From the NCBI GenBank assembly GCA_035647455.1, contig DASRNI010000028.1, positions 9,154-73,153 on the forward strand: a stretch of 64,000 nt of DNA, read 5' to 3'. The notes below the pieces were generated by a model. It did no database searches. It saw only the letters and a program-made list of their open reading frames with translations, and was not told where the DNA came from. This stretch comes from Bacilli bacterium (lineage in GTDB: Bacteria > Bacillota_I > Bacilli_A > RFN20 > CAG-826). Made by a program: the position numbers and the translations under genes. Positions 50,961 to 60,689 of this stretch are shown piece after piece (position 1 is the first letter of the stretch; every line of letters begins with the position of its first letter).

Positions 50961-51455
50961 ATGGAAATTTGGGATGCATATTACGCCGATAAAACATTAG
51001 CGAACAAAACTTTAATTCGTGGTGAAAAAATACCCCACGGACTTTTTCATATAATCGTGGAAACATTAGTTCAACATAAAGACGGTACGTACTTAGTTAT
51101 GCAACGCGATTATAATAAAAGCTCAAACCCTGGTCTTTATGAAGGAAGCGCTGGAGGGAGTGTTTTGAGTGGGGAAAGTGCCGTCAAAGGAGCGCTCCGC
51201 GAAGTTAAAGAAGAAACCGGAATCACCCCAACTAGCGTCGCACCAATTTATGAGTTCATTTATGAAAAAGAAGGGGCGATAACTTTAGGATTTATCACAA
51301 TTGTTGATTGTAAAAAAGAATGTATTAAATACCAAAAAGGCGAAACAATCGCGCATAAATGGCTTACTTTAGCTGAATTAAAGATGTTTGTAGACTCAAA
51401 AGAGTACAATCAGTCGCACGCAAAACGTCTTAAAACATATTTAAATACTTTATAA
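50961..51455 (+). CDS. NUDIX hydrolase
   Basis: Nudix box GGSVLSGESAVKGALREVKEETGI. Confidence 0.8.
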   Translation: MEIWDAYYADKTLANKTLIRGEKIPHGLFHIIVETLVQHKDGTYLVMQRDYNKSSNPGLYEGSAGGSVLSGESAVKGALREVKEETGITPTSVAPIYEFIYEKEGAITLGFITIVDCKKECIKYQKGETIAHKWLTLAELKMFVDSKEYNQSHAKRLKTYLNTL

Positions 51456-51470
51456 AAAGGAGTGAATTAA

Positions 51471-52850
51471 ATGCCAACAAAAAGAGAAAAAGCCCGTCGT
51501 TTTTTAAGAACTTCAACACTTAGTTTCCAACATATGTTTGCAATGCTTGGGGCAACCGTTGTTGTTCCTATTTTAGCCGGGTTAAGTATTTCAATTACGC
51601 TAATTACAGCAGGAATTGGAACAGTTATTTTTTACTTTACAACACAAAAAAAGGTGCCGGTCTTTCTCGGTTCATCATTTGCGTATTTACCCGCTTTAAT
51701 TGCAATTATTGGTGGAACAAAAGTTGGGACCGTTGAATGGCAAAAGGCAATGGGTGGTCTTGTTGTAGCAATTTTCTTGACCGGTGTGATGTACTTAATT
51801 TTTGCCTTAGTCGTTCGCTTTATTGGTGTGGAAAAAGTGCGGAAGATTTTCCCACCTCGCGTAGTCGGTCCAATCATCATTATTTTAGGAATGCTTCTTG
51901 TTCCAAGTATTTTGTGGAATAACATTATTGCTAACTATGCACTTGGAACTTCGCCAGCATGGAAACAGTGGACAACAGCGCTGGTTACACTATTAAGTAT
52001 TATTTTAATAAGTTCATTTGCTAAACCTAAATCATTTTTTAAAGCCGCCCCAATTTTATTAGGGTTTTTAATTGGTTATCTTTATGCATTAGCAATTGGA
52101 CTAGTTGATTTTTCGCCGCTTAAGGAAAGTGATATTGTTGTTTTTCAGTCACTCGACAAAACACTCGGATTTTATAAATATTTACGATTTGACTGGGAAG
52201 CAATAATTATGATGGTGCCACTTGCTTTCGTCACATTAATGGAACATATTGGCGACATCAGTGCAAACTCAACTGTTTGTCAGCAAGATTTCTTTGTCGA
52301 TCCCGGGATTGATAAAACACTTGCTGGAGACGGATTTGCCATTATGGCCGCTTCACTTCTTGGTGGACCACCACAAACAACATACGGTGAAAACACGGCA
52401 ATTTTAGTAATTACTGAAAACTATGACCCTAAAAACATCTTTTATGCCGCTTTATTGGCGATTTTCTTTGGTGTATTTTCCCTTTTCGGGACATTAATCT
52501 CAACGATTCCTGGCGCTGTTATTGGTGGAGCATCAATTATTCTGTTTGGAATGATTAGTGCTTCAGGGTTAAGAATGCTGATTGAAAACCAAGCAGATAT
52601 TGGCAGAACAAAGGATTTAATTGTTGTTAGTGTTACGCTTGCCGTTGGCCTTGGTTTAGGCGCTCTTAGCGTTGCGAGCGACATTATAAGTAGCATTAAT
52701 CCAACACTTGATGCTTCGTTCTTAAAAGTTATGATCGGACAAATTCAAATTTCTCCATTAGCAATTGCAACAGTGGTTGCTGTTTTGTTGAACATTATTA
52801 TTCCCGAAGCTAAAGAATTAGACGAAGAAGAAACTATTGAGCAAAAATAA
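51471..52850 (+). CDS. NCS2-family nucleobase permease (uracil/xanthine permease-like)
   Basis: 459 aa with about 12-14 TM segments. N-terminus ...TLSFQHMFAMLGATVVVPILAG is typical of UraA/PyrP/PbuX. Confidence 0.8.
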   Translation: MPTKREKARRFLRTSTLSFQHMFAMLGATVVVPILAGLSISITLITAGIGTVIFYFTTQKKVPVFLGSSFAYLPALIAIIGGTKVGTVEWQKAMGGLVVAIFLTGVMYLIFALVVRFIGVEKVRKIFPPRVVGPIIIILGMLLVPSILWNNIIANYALGTSPAWKQWTTALVTLLSIILISSFAKPKSFFKAAPILLGFLIGYLYALAIGLVDFSPLKESDIVVFQSLDKTLGFYKYLRFDWEAIIMMVPLAFVTLMEHIGDISANSTVCQQDFFVDPGIDKTLAGDGFAIMAASLLGGPPQTTYGENTAILVITENYDPKNIFYAALLAIFFGVFSLFGTLISTIPGAVIGGASIILFGMISASGLRMLIENQADIGRTKDLIVVSVTLAVGLGLGALSVASDIISSINPTLDASFLKVMIGQIQISPLAIATVVAVLLNIIIPEAKELDEEETIEQK

Positions 52851-52900
52851 AGCAAAGTTAAAAATGTTGCTTATAATTATGAAGGAAGGAAATTAAGATT

Positions 52901-53425
52901 ATGAAAAAAATTGGAATTATCGTTGGCTCATTACGTAAAGCGAGCAATTCACAAAAAATAGCGGACAATGCTTTAAACTATTACAAAGGCAAAGCTGATG
53001 CAAAAGTTATTGAAATCGGCCACTTACCGCTATATAACGCTGATTATGAACTAGATTTACCAGAAAGTTACGTACACTATAAAAAGGAAATTGAAAGTTT
53101 TGACAGTTTTCTTTTCATTGTTCCTGAGTACAATCGTACAATGACTCCAGCAATGAAAAACGCTATTGATGTTGCAAGTCGGCCATTTACAAGCAATAAA
53201 TGGAATGGTAAAACTGTCTTATTAGTTGGTCACTCAATTGGTAAACTTGGTGCTTATGGCGCGGTTAATGATGTGCGAAAAGTGCTGGGCTTTCTTGGTG
53301 CTAATGTCTTAATGTATCCAGAAGTTTATTTAGGTCCAACAAAAGATTTATTTAATGAAGACGGAACGTTTGTGCCAGCAAGCGCTGGTTTTATGGATGA
53401 TGTTTTTAGTGCACTACTAAAATAA
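52901..53425 (+). CDS. NADPH-dependent FMN reductase-family flavoprotein
   Basis: MKKIGIIVGSLRKASNSQKIA... flavodoxin-like. 174 aa. Confidence 0.75.
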   Translation: MKKIGIIVGSLRKASNSQKIADNALNYYKGKADAKVIEIGHLPLYNADYELDLPESYVHYKKEIESFDSFLFIVPEYNRTMTPAMKNAIDVASRPFTSNKWNGKTVLLVGHSIGKLGAYGAVNDVRKVLGFLGANVLMYPEVYLGPTKDLFNEDGTFVPASAGFMDDVFSALLK

Positions 53426-53450
53426 CAATAAAAGAAAGTGGGGTTATCTC

Positions 53451-53984
53451 ATGACAGATGTATTTAAAAATATTCTTGATGACGATGAAGTAGTAATTAA
53501 ACAGTTTAAACCAAACAAGTTTAGATTTTTCTTTGGAACTTATGGAACTTTTTTGCTAATTATGTTATTTTTGGGCGGTTTTGTCGTTGCTCCGTTAGCT
53601 TTTGATGGAGAAGTCTTTATTGGCTATGTTTTCATTGGTATTGTTGTTGGTGTTTTTGTGCTTGCTCTTTTATTAACAACATTATTTGCTGTTTTAAGTT
53701 ATCAGAAAAAGTATTATGCATACACGAATAAAAGAATTTTAATTCAAGGTGGTATTATAGGAGTCGATTATAAAGGACTCGACCATAAAATGATTGGTGC
53801 GATTGAAGTGCGTGTTGATTTACTCGATAAAATCGTCCGCAAAAATACGGGAACAATTAAATTTGGTAGTCAAGCGAGTCCACTTAGTAAACAAGCAGTA
53901 CCAATGTTCATTTTTAATGGCATTTATGATCCGTATAATGTGTACCGTGAAATCAAAAAATATATTGATAGTGTAAAGCAATAA
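53451..53984 (+). CDS. Bacterial PH-domain (bPH_2, YdbS/YdbT-like) membrane protein
   Basis: Two TM segments followed by ...YAYTNKRILIQGGIIGVDYKGLDHKMIGAIEV... Confidence 0.6.
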   Translation: MTDVFKNILDDDEVVIKQFKPNKFRFFFGTYGTFLLIMLFLGGFVVAPLAFDGEVFIGYVFIGIVVGVFVLALLLTTLFAVLSYQKKYYAYTNKRILIQGGIIGVDYKGLDHKMIGAIEVRVDLLDKIVRKNTGTIKFGSQASPLSKQAVPMFIFNGIYDPYNVYREIKKYIDSVKQ

Positions 53985-54010
53985 AAGCAAAAGTAATTTA
54001 ATTGAAATTG

Positions 54011-54034
54011 GGAGCGTTAATGCTCCCTTTTTTA
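54011..54034. terminator. Bidirectional terminator between the convergent bPH gene and capF
   Basis: gggagc-gttaat-gctccc followed by TTTTTT. Confidence 0.65.
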
Positions 54035-55141
54035 TTCAACTTTTTTAAAAATAGTATCGGCGTTATCAGGATCATACATTTCATTTGCCCAAATAACGAA
54101 GACGACATCTTGATCCGTCTCATTAACAATGTTATGTGTATATCCAGGCGGAATATCGACAACTTCGAGTTTTTCCCCTGATACTTTTAAGGAAATTAGT
54201 TCACCCGTGGCAATATGTTTAAAATTAATTGTTGCTTCTCCGGTTAAAACAAGAAACTTTTCAATTTTCGTGTGATGATAATGGTTGCCTTTTGTGAACC
54301 CGGGCGTGATGACATTAACTGAAACTTGGCCGAATTTTTCACCTTTTATAAATTCAGAAAATAACCCGCGTTCATCTTGGTGCACTAAAAGTGGGTACTT
54401 AAAAGCTTCAACGGGTAGATAAGTTAAATATGTGGAATAAAGCTTTTTGACAAATGCATCTTGAACATCGGGTAATAAGCGGTTTTCTCGTGATTCCTTA
54501 AATGATTTAATTAAGCGGGCTAACTCACCGATTGTAATATTATGGGTTTGTTTAACAGCGTAATATTTTGTGTTCACATTATATGCACCAATAATTACAT
54601 CATAAAAAGTTTTAACGACGTCATCAATATAAACAAAATCAAGAGCGGCGTTTGGATCGTTAATTGTAATATCTTCATTGTGGGCAACATTATGACAAAA
54701 TGTTGCGATGACAGAGTTATAATGTGGTCTGCTCCATTTTCCAAACAAGTTATGCAGTCGAAAAACGTAAACTTTGTTCCCAGTTGCTTTTTCGTAGGCG
54801 AACAAAACTTCTTCGGCGGCCTTTTTACTTTTGCCGTAATCATTATCTTGTTCAGCATGAATTGTTGACGAGAAAATTAAGGGAAGTTTTAAATTCTCTT
54901 CGCTAATAATATCAATGATAGTTTCAGTTAAGCCTCTGTTAACTTCATAAAACTCATCATTTGATTTTGGGCGATTTGCACCCGCTAAATGGACAACGAA
55001 ATCCGCCGCCTTTAAATATCTTTTTAAGTCGTCTGTTGAGTTATCGAGATCAAAGCCAAGAACATCAATATTTCTCTCTTTTAAGTAGAAACTTAAATTC
55101 TTGCCAATAAATCCGTTAGCCCCTGTAATTAGTACTTTCAT
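54032..55141 (-). CDS. capF: Bifunctional CapF/FnlB-like enzyme (N-terminal SDR reductase + C-terminal cupin epimerase) of UDP-L-FucNAc biosynthesis
   Basis: Start MKVLITGANGFIGKN (Rossmann) with RBS GAGGTG, giving 369 aa; the track's extension to 55186 is spurious. C-terminal cupin ...GNHYHHTKIEKFLVLTGEA. Confidence 0.75.
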   Translation of the reverse strand: MKVLITGANGFIGKNLSFYLKERNIDVLGFDLDNSTDDLKRYLKAADFVVHLAGANRPKSNDEFYEVNRGLTETIIDIISEENLKLPLIFSSTIHAEQDNDYGKSKKAAEEVLFAYEKATGNKVYVFRLHNLFGKWSRPHYNSVIATFCHNVAHNEDITINDPNAALDFVYIDDVVKTFYDVIIGAYNVNTKYYAVKQTHNITIGELARLIKSFKESRENRLLPDVQDAFVKKLYSTYLTYLPVEAFKYPLLVHQDERGLFSEFIKGEKFGQVSVNVITPGFTKGNHYHHTKIEKFLVLTGEATINFKHIATGELISLKVSGEKLEVVDIPPGYTHNIVNETDQDVVFVIWANEMYDPDNADTIFKKVE

Positions 55142-55238
55142 AATGCACCTCATATTAATTATAGCGGTTATAATTAAGTCGTCCAATTATATAGATGGTT
55201 AAGTTCACTAAAAATGTTAAAATAAGGGCGGAGAATTT

Positions 55239-56594
55239 ATGTTAAAAACAAAGTATTTATTAGATTTATATCACGACTTAGTTGTCCAAAACAAAGGCGA
55301 AAAAGAATTCCATCAAGCAGTACTTGAAATGTTTCAAACGCTTGATCCGGTAATCCACTCTTACCCGGAAATTATCACCAACAATATTATTCCAGAGTTA
55401 CTAAAACCCGAACGAATTATTGAAGTAGAAATTGATTGGGTGAATGAAAAAGGTGAAAATGAACAACATTTAGCGTATCGCATTCAGTATAGTAGTACGC
55501 TTGGTGTTTACAAAGGTGGTCTCCGTTATAGCCCGAATGTTAGCATTTCAATTTTTAAATTTCTTGCCTTTGAACAAACGTTTAAAAATGCGTTAACAAC
55601 TTTACCAATGGGTGGCGGAAAAGGTGGCGCTAATTTTAATCCGCGTGGCCGCTCCGCAAAGGACATAAAACTTTTTACTGAAGCATTCATAACCGCGCTC
55701 GCCCCTTATTTAGGAGCAGACACAGATGTTCCAGCTGGCGACATTGGTGTTGGACAACGTGAAGTTATGCTGATGGTTGAAAAATATAGTGAGCTAAAAG
55801 ATGATGCTTATGGCGCATTTACTGGCAAATTACCGGATAAAGGCGGTATTTTAGGGCGTAAAGAAGCAACAGGACATGGTCTTGTTTATTTTGTTGAAGA
55901 AGCTTTAGCCGTTATCAAAAAGACGACTTTAAACAATAAAAAAGTTGTAGTATCGGGTTCTGGCAATGTCGCTCTTTATGCAGCTTTTAAAGCACGCGAA
56001 AAAGGTGCAACCGTTGTTGCGATGTCTGATTCAGATGGTTATGTATATAATCCTGAAGGTCTTGATTTGGATATTATTAAAGAAATAAAGGAAACGAAAA
56101 GAGAACGAATAAGAAGTTATCTCGACTATGATAAAGCAGCAATTTATGAAAATGACGCTGTAGCGATTTGGGGAGTAAAGTGTGATATTGCTCTTCCTTG
56201 TGCAACACAAAATGAACTTGATGAAACGGGTGTCGCTGCTTTAATTAAAAACGGTGTTATTTTCGTTGCAGAAGGGGCAAATATGCCAACAACAAAGACT
56301 GGTGTTGAACTTTTGCGTGACAATAAGATTTTATTTGCACCGGGGAAAGCCGCAAATGCGGGTGGTGTTTATGTTTCCGGACTTGAAATGATTCAACATC
56401 AAAAACAAGTGAAATATACTTTCACAGAAGTTGATGCCAAACTCCAGTCAACAATGAAAGCGATTTTCCAAAATAGCTACCAAACAGCAAAAACACACAA
56501 TCGGCCGAACGACTTATTATTTGGCGCAAACTTATCTAGTTTTCTACTTGTTGCCGAAAAAATGCTTGAAATAAGAAAAAAACATACCGGTTAA
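55239..56594 (+). CDS. gdhA: NAD(P)-specific glutamate dehydrogenase
   Basis: 451 aa. ...LPMGGGKGGANFNPRG is the GDH catalytic Lys region. Rossmann GSGNVALYAA. Confidence 0.92.
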   Translation: MLKTKYLLDLYHDLVVQNKGEKEFHQAVLEMFQTLDPVIHSYPEIITNNIIPELLKPERIIEVEIDWVNEKGENEQHLAYRIQYSSTLGVYKGGLRYSPNVSISIFKFLAFEQTFKNALTTLPMGGGKGGANFNPRGRSAKDIKLFTEAFITALAPYLGADTDVPAGDIGVGQREVMLMVEKYSELKDDAYGAFTGKLPDKGGILGRKEATGHGLVYFVEEALAVIKKTTLNNKKVVVSGSGNVALYAAFKAREKGATVVAMSDSDGYVYNPEGLDLDIIKEIKETKRERIRSYLDYDKAAIYENDAVAIWGVKCDIALPCATQNELDETGVAALIKNGVIFVAEGANMPTTKTGVELLRDNKILFAPGKAANAGGVYVSGLEMIQHQKQVKYTFTEVDAKLQSTMKAIFQNSYQTAKTHNRPNDLLFGANLSSFLLVAEKMLEIRKKHTG

Positions 56595-56648
56595 CTTATT
56601 ACTACATGTAACAAATATGCTATGCTTTGCTATAGATAAGGAACAATT

Positions 56649-58361
56649 ATGATGAAAAAATTCCACTTAACAAATTCATACACATTAATTAATTTTGATG
56701 TTTTTTCATGTGATACAGAAGTTGATATTATTGAATCGAAGGCGTTTGCAAAAGTGCTCGATAAATTTATTAAGAAACTTTGGCAAGAAAAAAGCCCATT
56801 ATTAAGCAATTTAACAAAAGAAGATACAAAACTCTTTCTTGATATGTATAAAATGCTTTTAGTTTACGAGCCGAAAATGATTAGTGAAACTTCCGAGAGC
56901 TTTCGGTTTGTTAATAAAAATAAGACGGCATTATATGAAATCACCGAACAATTTTACGACTACTGGCGTAAACTTGAACGTTTCGGATTGTTACAAGCGC
57001 GCCAGGACGCGAACCAAAATGCGCGCAAACTTGATTTAATCCATAAAGCAGAAGTTTTTAATGAAAAGGTTTTAACGTTATATCGGACAATCACGCAAAA
57101 GCTTCTTGGTGATCATTATAAAATCTACCGACAACTACCTGCCGGTGTTAATGCTAATCTTCTTTACATTAATCATAGTTTTTCTACGGATAAAGTTGTT
57201 GAAAACATTCAAAACATTGGTTTTATTACCGGTATTGTCACCCGGCCACCGTTTATCATTTATTCGGAAAGCAATAAGCGCGAAGGTTTATTTAAGGAAA
57301 TTCATTTTAACCCGTTGCCCGAACTTAGTATTAATAAACTGCATTATTTCACGTTTCCAATTAAAGTTGGCACAGTATTAGCGTTTATTTATGTCCATCG
57401 TGATTTATTACATTTAGGGATTGGCCTTGCGAACTTATTTGAATTTGCCAGTTTTAACGAATTTAATAACACTAAGCCTGACGTTGTTTATATTTTCGGT
57501 ATTCGCGAAAAAGAATATGACGGAACATATCATTACGATAAAGAGCAAGATATATATTTCGGTTTTGTTGACCGCAGTCAGAAAAATGATTATTTCGGCT
57601 ACTTAAAGAAAATGATTTTAACGCTCCATAATATTTATCAATTGGATAACGGAAACTTGCCCGTTCATGGCGGAATGGTGCAAATAACGCTGAATAATGA
57701 TGAAGTTAGAAATATTGTTATTGTTGGCGATAGTGGTGCTGGAAAAAGCGAAACACTTGAAGCCTTGCGTGTTATTGGTTCGAAAAAGATTAAAAAAATA
57801 ACTGTTGTGTTTGATGATATGGGCACATTAAAATTAAGAAACAATGCTGTAATTGCCACGGGCACGGAAATCGGTGCCTTTGTCCGGCTTGATGATTTAG
57901 ATTCAGGTTATGCTTATCAAGAGATGGAAAGGGCAATCTTTTTAAACCCACACCGGAAAAATGCGCGGCTCATTATCCCGCTGACAATGTATAAAGAAGT
58001 GATCAAAGAATATAAAGTTGATTTTTTCCTGTATGCGAATAATTATGACAAAACGCAAAAAGGGGTGAAAGTGTTCACGAATACTGGTGAAGCACTCGAT
58101 GTTTTTAAAGCCGGGAAAAGATATGCCAAAGGAACAACAAGTGAAGTTGGTTTAGTTTCGTCTTACTTTGCCAATCCTTTTGGTCCTGTTCAGCGCGAAA
58201 AACAAACGGAAAAGCTACTCGAACAATATTTTAAAGCACTCAACAATACAAAAGTTATTATCGGTGAACTGTTTACAAAACTTGCGCAACCTGGGTACGA
58301 AACAAAAGGACCACAAGAAGCGGCAGAACAATTATTAAAATATATTACAAAGCAAAATTAA
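56649..58361 (+). CDS. Protein of unknown function whose C-terminal half has an HprK-C / PEP-carboxykinase-like P-loop kinase fold
   Basis: 570 aa. ...LPVHGGMVQITLNNDEVRNIVIVGDSGAGKSETLEAL...VVFDDMGTL parallels HprK (GESGVGKSE...ADD) and PEPCK (GLSGTGKTT...IGDDEHGW). ...SSYFANPFGP (cf. PEPCK FGSPF). The N-terminal roughly 330 aa have no recognisable motif. Confidence 0.5.
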   Translation: MMKKFHLTNSYTLINFDVFSCDTEVDIIESKAFAKVLDKFIKKLWQEKSPLLSNLTKEDTKLFLDMYKMLLVYEPKMISETSESFRFVNKNKTALYEITEQFYDYWRKLERFGLLQARQDANQNARKLDLIHKAEVFNEKVLTLYRTITQKLLGDHYKIYRQLPAGVNANLLYINHSFSTDKVVENIQNIGFITGIVTRPPFIIYSESNKREGLFKEIHFNPLPELSINKLHYFTFPIKVGTVLAFIYVHRDLLHLGIGLANLFEFASFNEFNNTKPDVVYIFGIREKEYDGTYHYDKEQDIYFGFVDRSQKNDYFGYLKKMILTLHNIYQLDNGNLPVHGGMVQITLNNDEVRNIVIVGDSGAGKSETLEALRVIGSKKIKKITVVFDDMGTLKLRNNAVIATGTEIGAFVRLDDLDSGYAYQEMERAIFLNPHRKNARLIIPLTMYKEVIKEYKVDFFLYANNYDKTQKGVKVFTNTGEALDVFKAGKRYAKGTTSEVGLVSSYFANPFGPVQREKQTEKLLEQYFKALNNTKVIIGELFTKLAQPGYETKGPQEAAEQLLKYITKQN

Positions 58362-59452
58362 ATTATATTTTTCGCAACCATATCATCAAATGCCGCAAAT
58401 AACGCGGCATAATCAGACTCTTTTAAGTCACCAATATGCCCAACACGGAACATAACTTCTTTTAAGTCACCAATACTTGCTGCAAGGATAATATTGTGGT
58501 TTTCACGTAAGTAATTAATAACATCTTCCCCGGTTAAACCTTCTTTTTTCACACGAAGTGGGGTTAAACAGTATGAAGGGTTCTCACTAAAAACGGCAAA
58601 AGGATACTTTTTAATTCGTTCACGAAAACGTAACGCATCACGTTTAATTTTTTCTTGTTCTTTTTTAAAGTTACCGTTTTTGAAGTTATTAAGCCGTAAG
58701 TTTAGTTGCCGCATCAATGTTACAGCTGGTGTAAAAGGCATTGCGCCACGCATTCCGTCACGGATGTATTTTTGTAAGTTTAAATAATAAGCCGGCGCAT
58801 TGTTACGATTAATAATATTAATGGCCCGCGGACTTAAGGCAACAATGCTAATTCCGGGTGGCAAGGCAAGTCCTTTTTGTGCGCCGGTAATAATTGCATC
58901 AGCATTTACATATTCCATATCAATTTCGTCACTTACAAAAGCACTGATAGCATCAATAATAAGTAGTAAATTATGTTTTTTAACAAAGTCACGGATAAGA
59001 CCCATATCATAAAGAAGTCCAGTTGAAGTTTCGTGCATATTAATTAATAGCCCAGTAAAGCCGTTTGTTGCGTATTTTTCTAGGTGCGCCGCTTTAAGTG
59101 CTTCGCCATAATTAAGTTTTAATTCGGTATAGCGGATATTATAAGCTTCGCAAATTTCAATAAAGCGTTGACCAAACGTTCCGCCGTTAACAATAAGAAC
59201 ATGGTCGTCTTTTGTTAGTAGACTAACAACCGTCGCGTCCATCGCCGCACTGCCCGAACTCGTTAGTATTGCAACTTTGCTATCTTTTGGAGCATGAAAA
59301 TACTTTTTAAGAAGCGTTTCGTTTTCGCGCATTAAGTTATAAAATTCATCAGTAATAAAGTAAGGAACTTCTTCAGACCCAATTTCTAAAATATCTGGAT
59401 GAACTGTAACAGGTCCTACTGCGAAAATAATCGGCTTTGTTGTTTTTGTCAT
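58358..59452 (-). CDS. Class-V (AGXT/SerC-like) pyridoxal-phosphate aminotransferase
   Basis: Start MTKTTKPIIF with RBS GGAGG. ...DAIITGAQKGLALPPG (PLP-Lys). 364 aa. Confidence 0.7.
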   Translation of the reverse strand: MTKTTKPIIFAVGPVTVHPDILEIGSEEVPYFITDEFYNLMRENETLLKKYFHAPKDSKVAILTSSGSAAMDATVVSLLTKDDHVLIVNGGTFGQRFIEICEAYNIRYTELKLNYGEALKAAHLEKYATNGFTGLLINMHETSTGLLYDMGLIRDFVKKHNLLLIIDAISAFVSDEIDMEYVNADAIITGAQKGLALPPGISIVALSPRAINIINRNNAPAYYLNLQKYIRDGMRGAMPFTPAVTLMRQLNLRLNNFKNGNFKKEQEKIKRDALRFRERIKKYPFAVFSENPSYCLTPLRVKKEGLTGEDVINYLRENHNIILAASIGDLKEVMFRVGHIGDLKESDYAALFAAFDDMVAKNII

Positions 59453-59572
59453 AAATACCTCCAAAGTAAACTTGCACTTTAATTATACTAAAGTTAGTAG
59501 TACTTTATGTATAAGTACTATTAATTAACAATTTTTCTCATAAATGTGTCAAAATAAGAGAAGGAGAAAATT

Positions 59573-60688
59573 ATGAAATTAATGACAATTCTAGGAACGC
59601 GACCGGAAATAATTCGTCTTAGTTCCGTTCTTAAAAAAGCCGATAAAGTATTTGAACACGTTATTGTTCATACCGGCCAAAATTACGATTACGAGTTAAA
59701 CGAAATCTTTTTTAAAGATTTGGAATTAAGAAAACCTGATTATTTCCTTAGTTCTGCCGGTAGTCACTTAGGTGAAACAATCGGCAATCTCATTGCAAAA
59801 TCTTATGAAATAATTCAAAAAGAAAAACCAGACGCGGTGCTAATTTTAGGTGACACAAATAGTTCTCTTGCCGCAATTAGTGCTAAACGACTTAAAGTAC
59901 CAATTTTCCACATGGAAGCGGGCAATCGTTGTTGGGATTGGAACGTTCCAGAAATGATAAATCGCAAAATTGTTGATCACATTAGTGATGTCAATCTACC
60001 ATATACAGAAAACAGCCGACTTTATTTAATTGAAGAAGGAGTCGATCCCCAACGGATTTTTGTTACTGGCTCGCCAATGGCCGAAGTAATTAAAGAACAT
60101 CTCCATAAAATTAAGCAAAGTGATGTTTTGACGAAATTAAATATTGAAAAAGGTAAATATATCTTACTTTCAAGCCATCGTGAGGAAAATATCGACATTG
60201 AACACAACTTTATCGAATTAATGAACGCAATTAATAAAATTGCCGAAAAATACCAACTACCAATTATTTATTCCGTACATCCACGGAGTAAAAAGCACAT
60301 CGAACAACGTAATTTTAAATTCCATCCACTCGTACAGAGTTTAAAACCGTTTGGGTTTGTTGATTATTGCCACTTACAACAAAATGCCTACGCTGTCCTT
60401 AGTGATTCAGGCACCTTAAGCGAGGAAAGCGCGATGCTTAACTTCCCTGGTGTTCTCATTCGGACCTCAACCGAGCGACCGGAAGCACTTGACAGCGGCA
60501 CAATTGTTTTAGGGGGAATTACGGAAAAAGAAATTGTTGAAGCACTAGAGATCGCTGTTAAACTTAAGGATGAAAAACGAACGATGAACAAAGATTACTT
60601 TGAAGACAACGTTTCAAGTAAAGTTATCCGTATTATTCAAAGTTATACAGATATTATAAATCGCCAAACATGGCAAAAGAGAGGTTAA
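59573..60688 (+). CDS. capG: UDP-N-acetylglucosamine 2-epimerase, non-hydrolysing (CapG/FnlC/WecB family)
   Basis: MKLMTILGTRPEIIRLSSV...VHTGQNYDYELNEIFF, ...GDTNSSLA and HMEAGNR are the canonical motifs. Confidence 0.88.
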   Translation: MKLMTILGTRPEIIRLSSVLKKADKVFEHVIVHTGQNYDYELNEIFFKDLELRKPDYFLSSAGSHLGETIGNLIAKSYEIIQKEKPDAVLILGDTNSSLAAISAKRLKVPIFHMEAGNRCWDWNVPEMINRKIVDHISDVNLPYTENSRLYLIEEGVDPQRIFVTGSPMAEVIKEHLHKIKQSDVLTKLNIEKGKYILLSSHREENIDIEHNFIELMNAINKIAEKYQLPIIYSVHPRSKKHIEQRNFKFHPLVQSLKPFGFVDYCHLQQNAYAVLSDSGTLSEESAMLNFPGVLIRTSTERPEALDSGTIVLGGITEKEIVEALEIAVKLKDEKRTMNKDYFEDNVSSKVIRIIQSYTDIINRQTWQKRG

Positions 60689-60689
60689 C

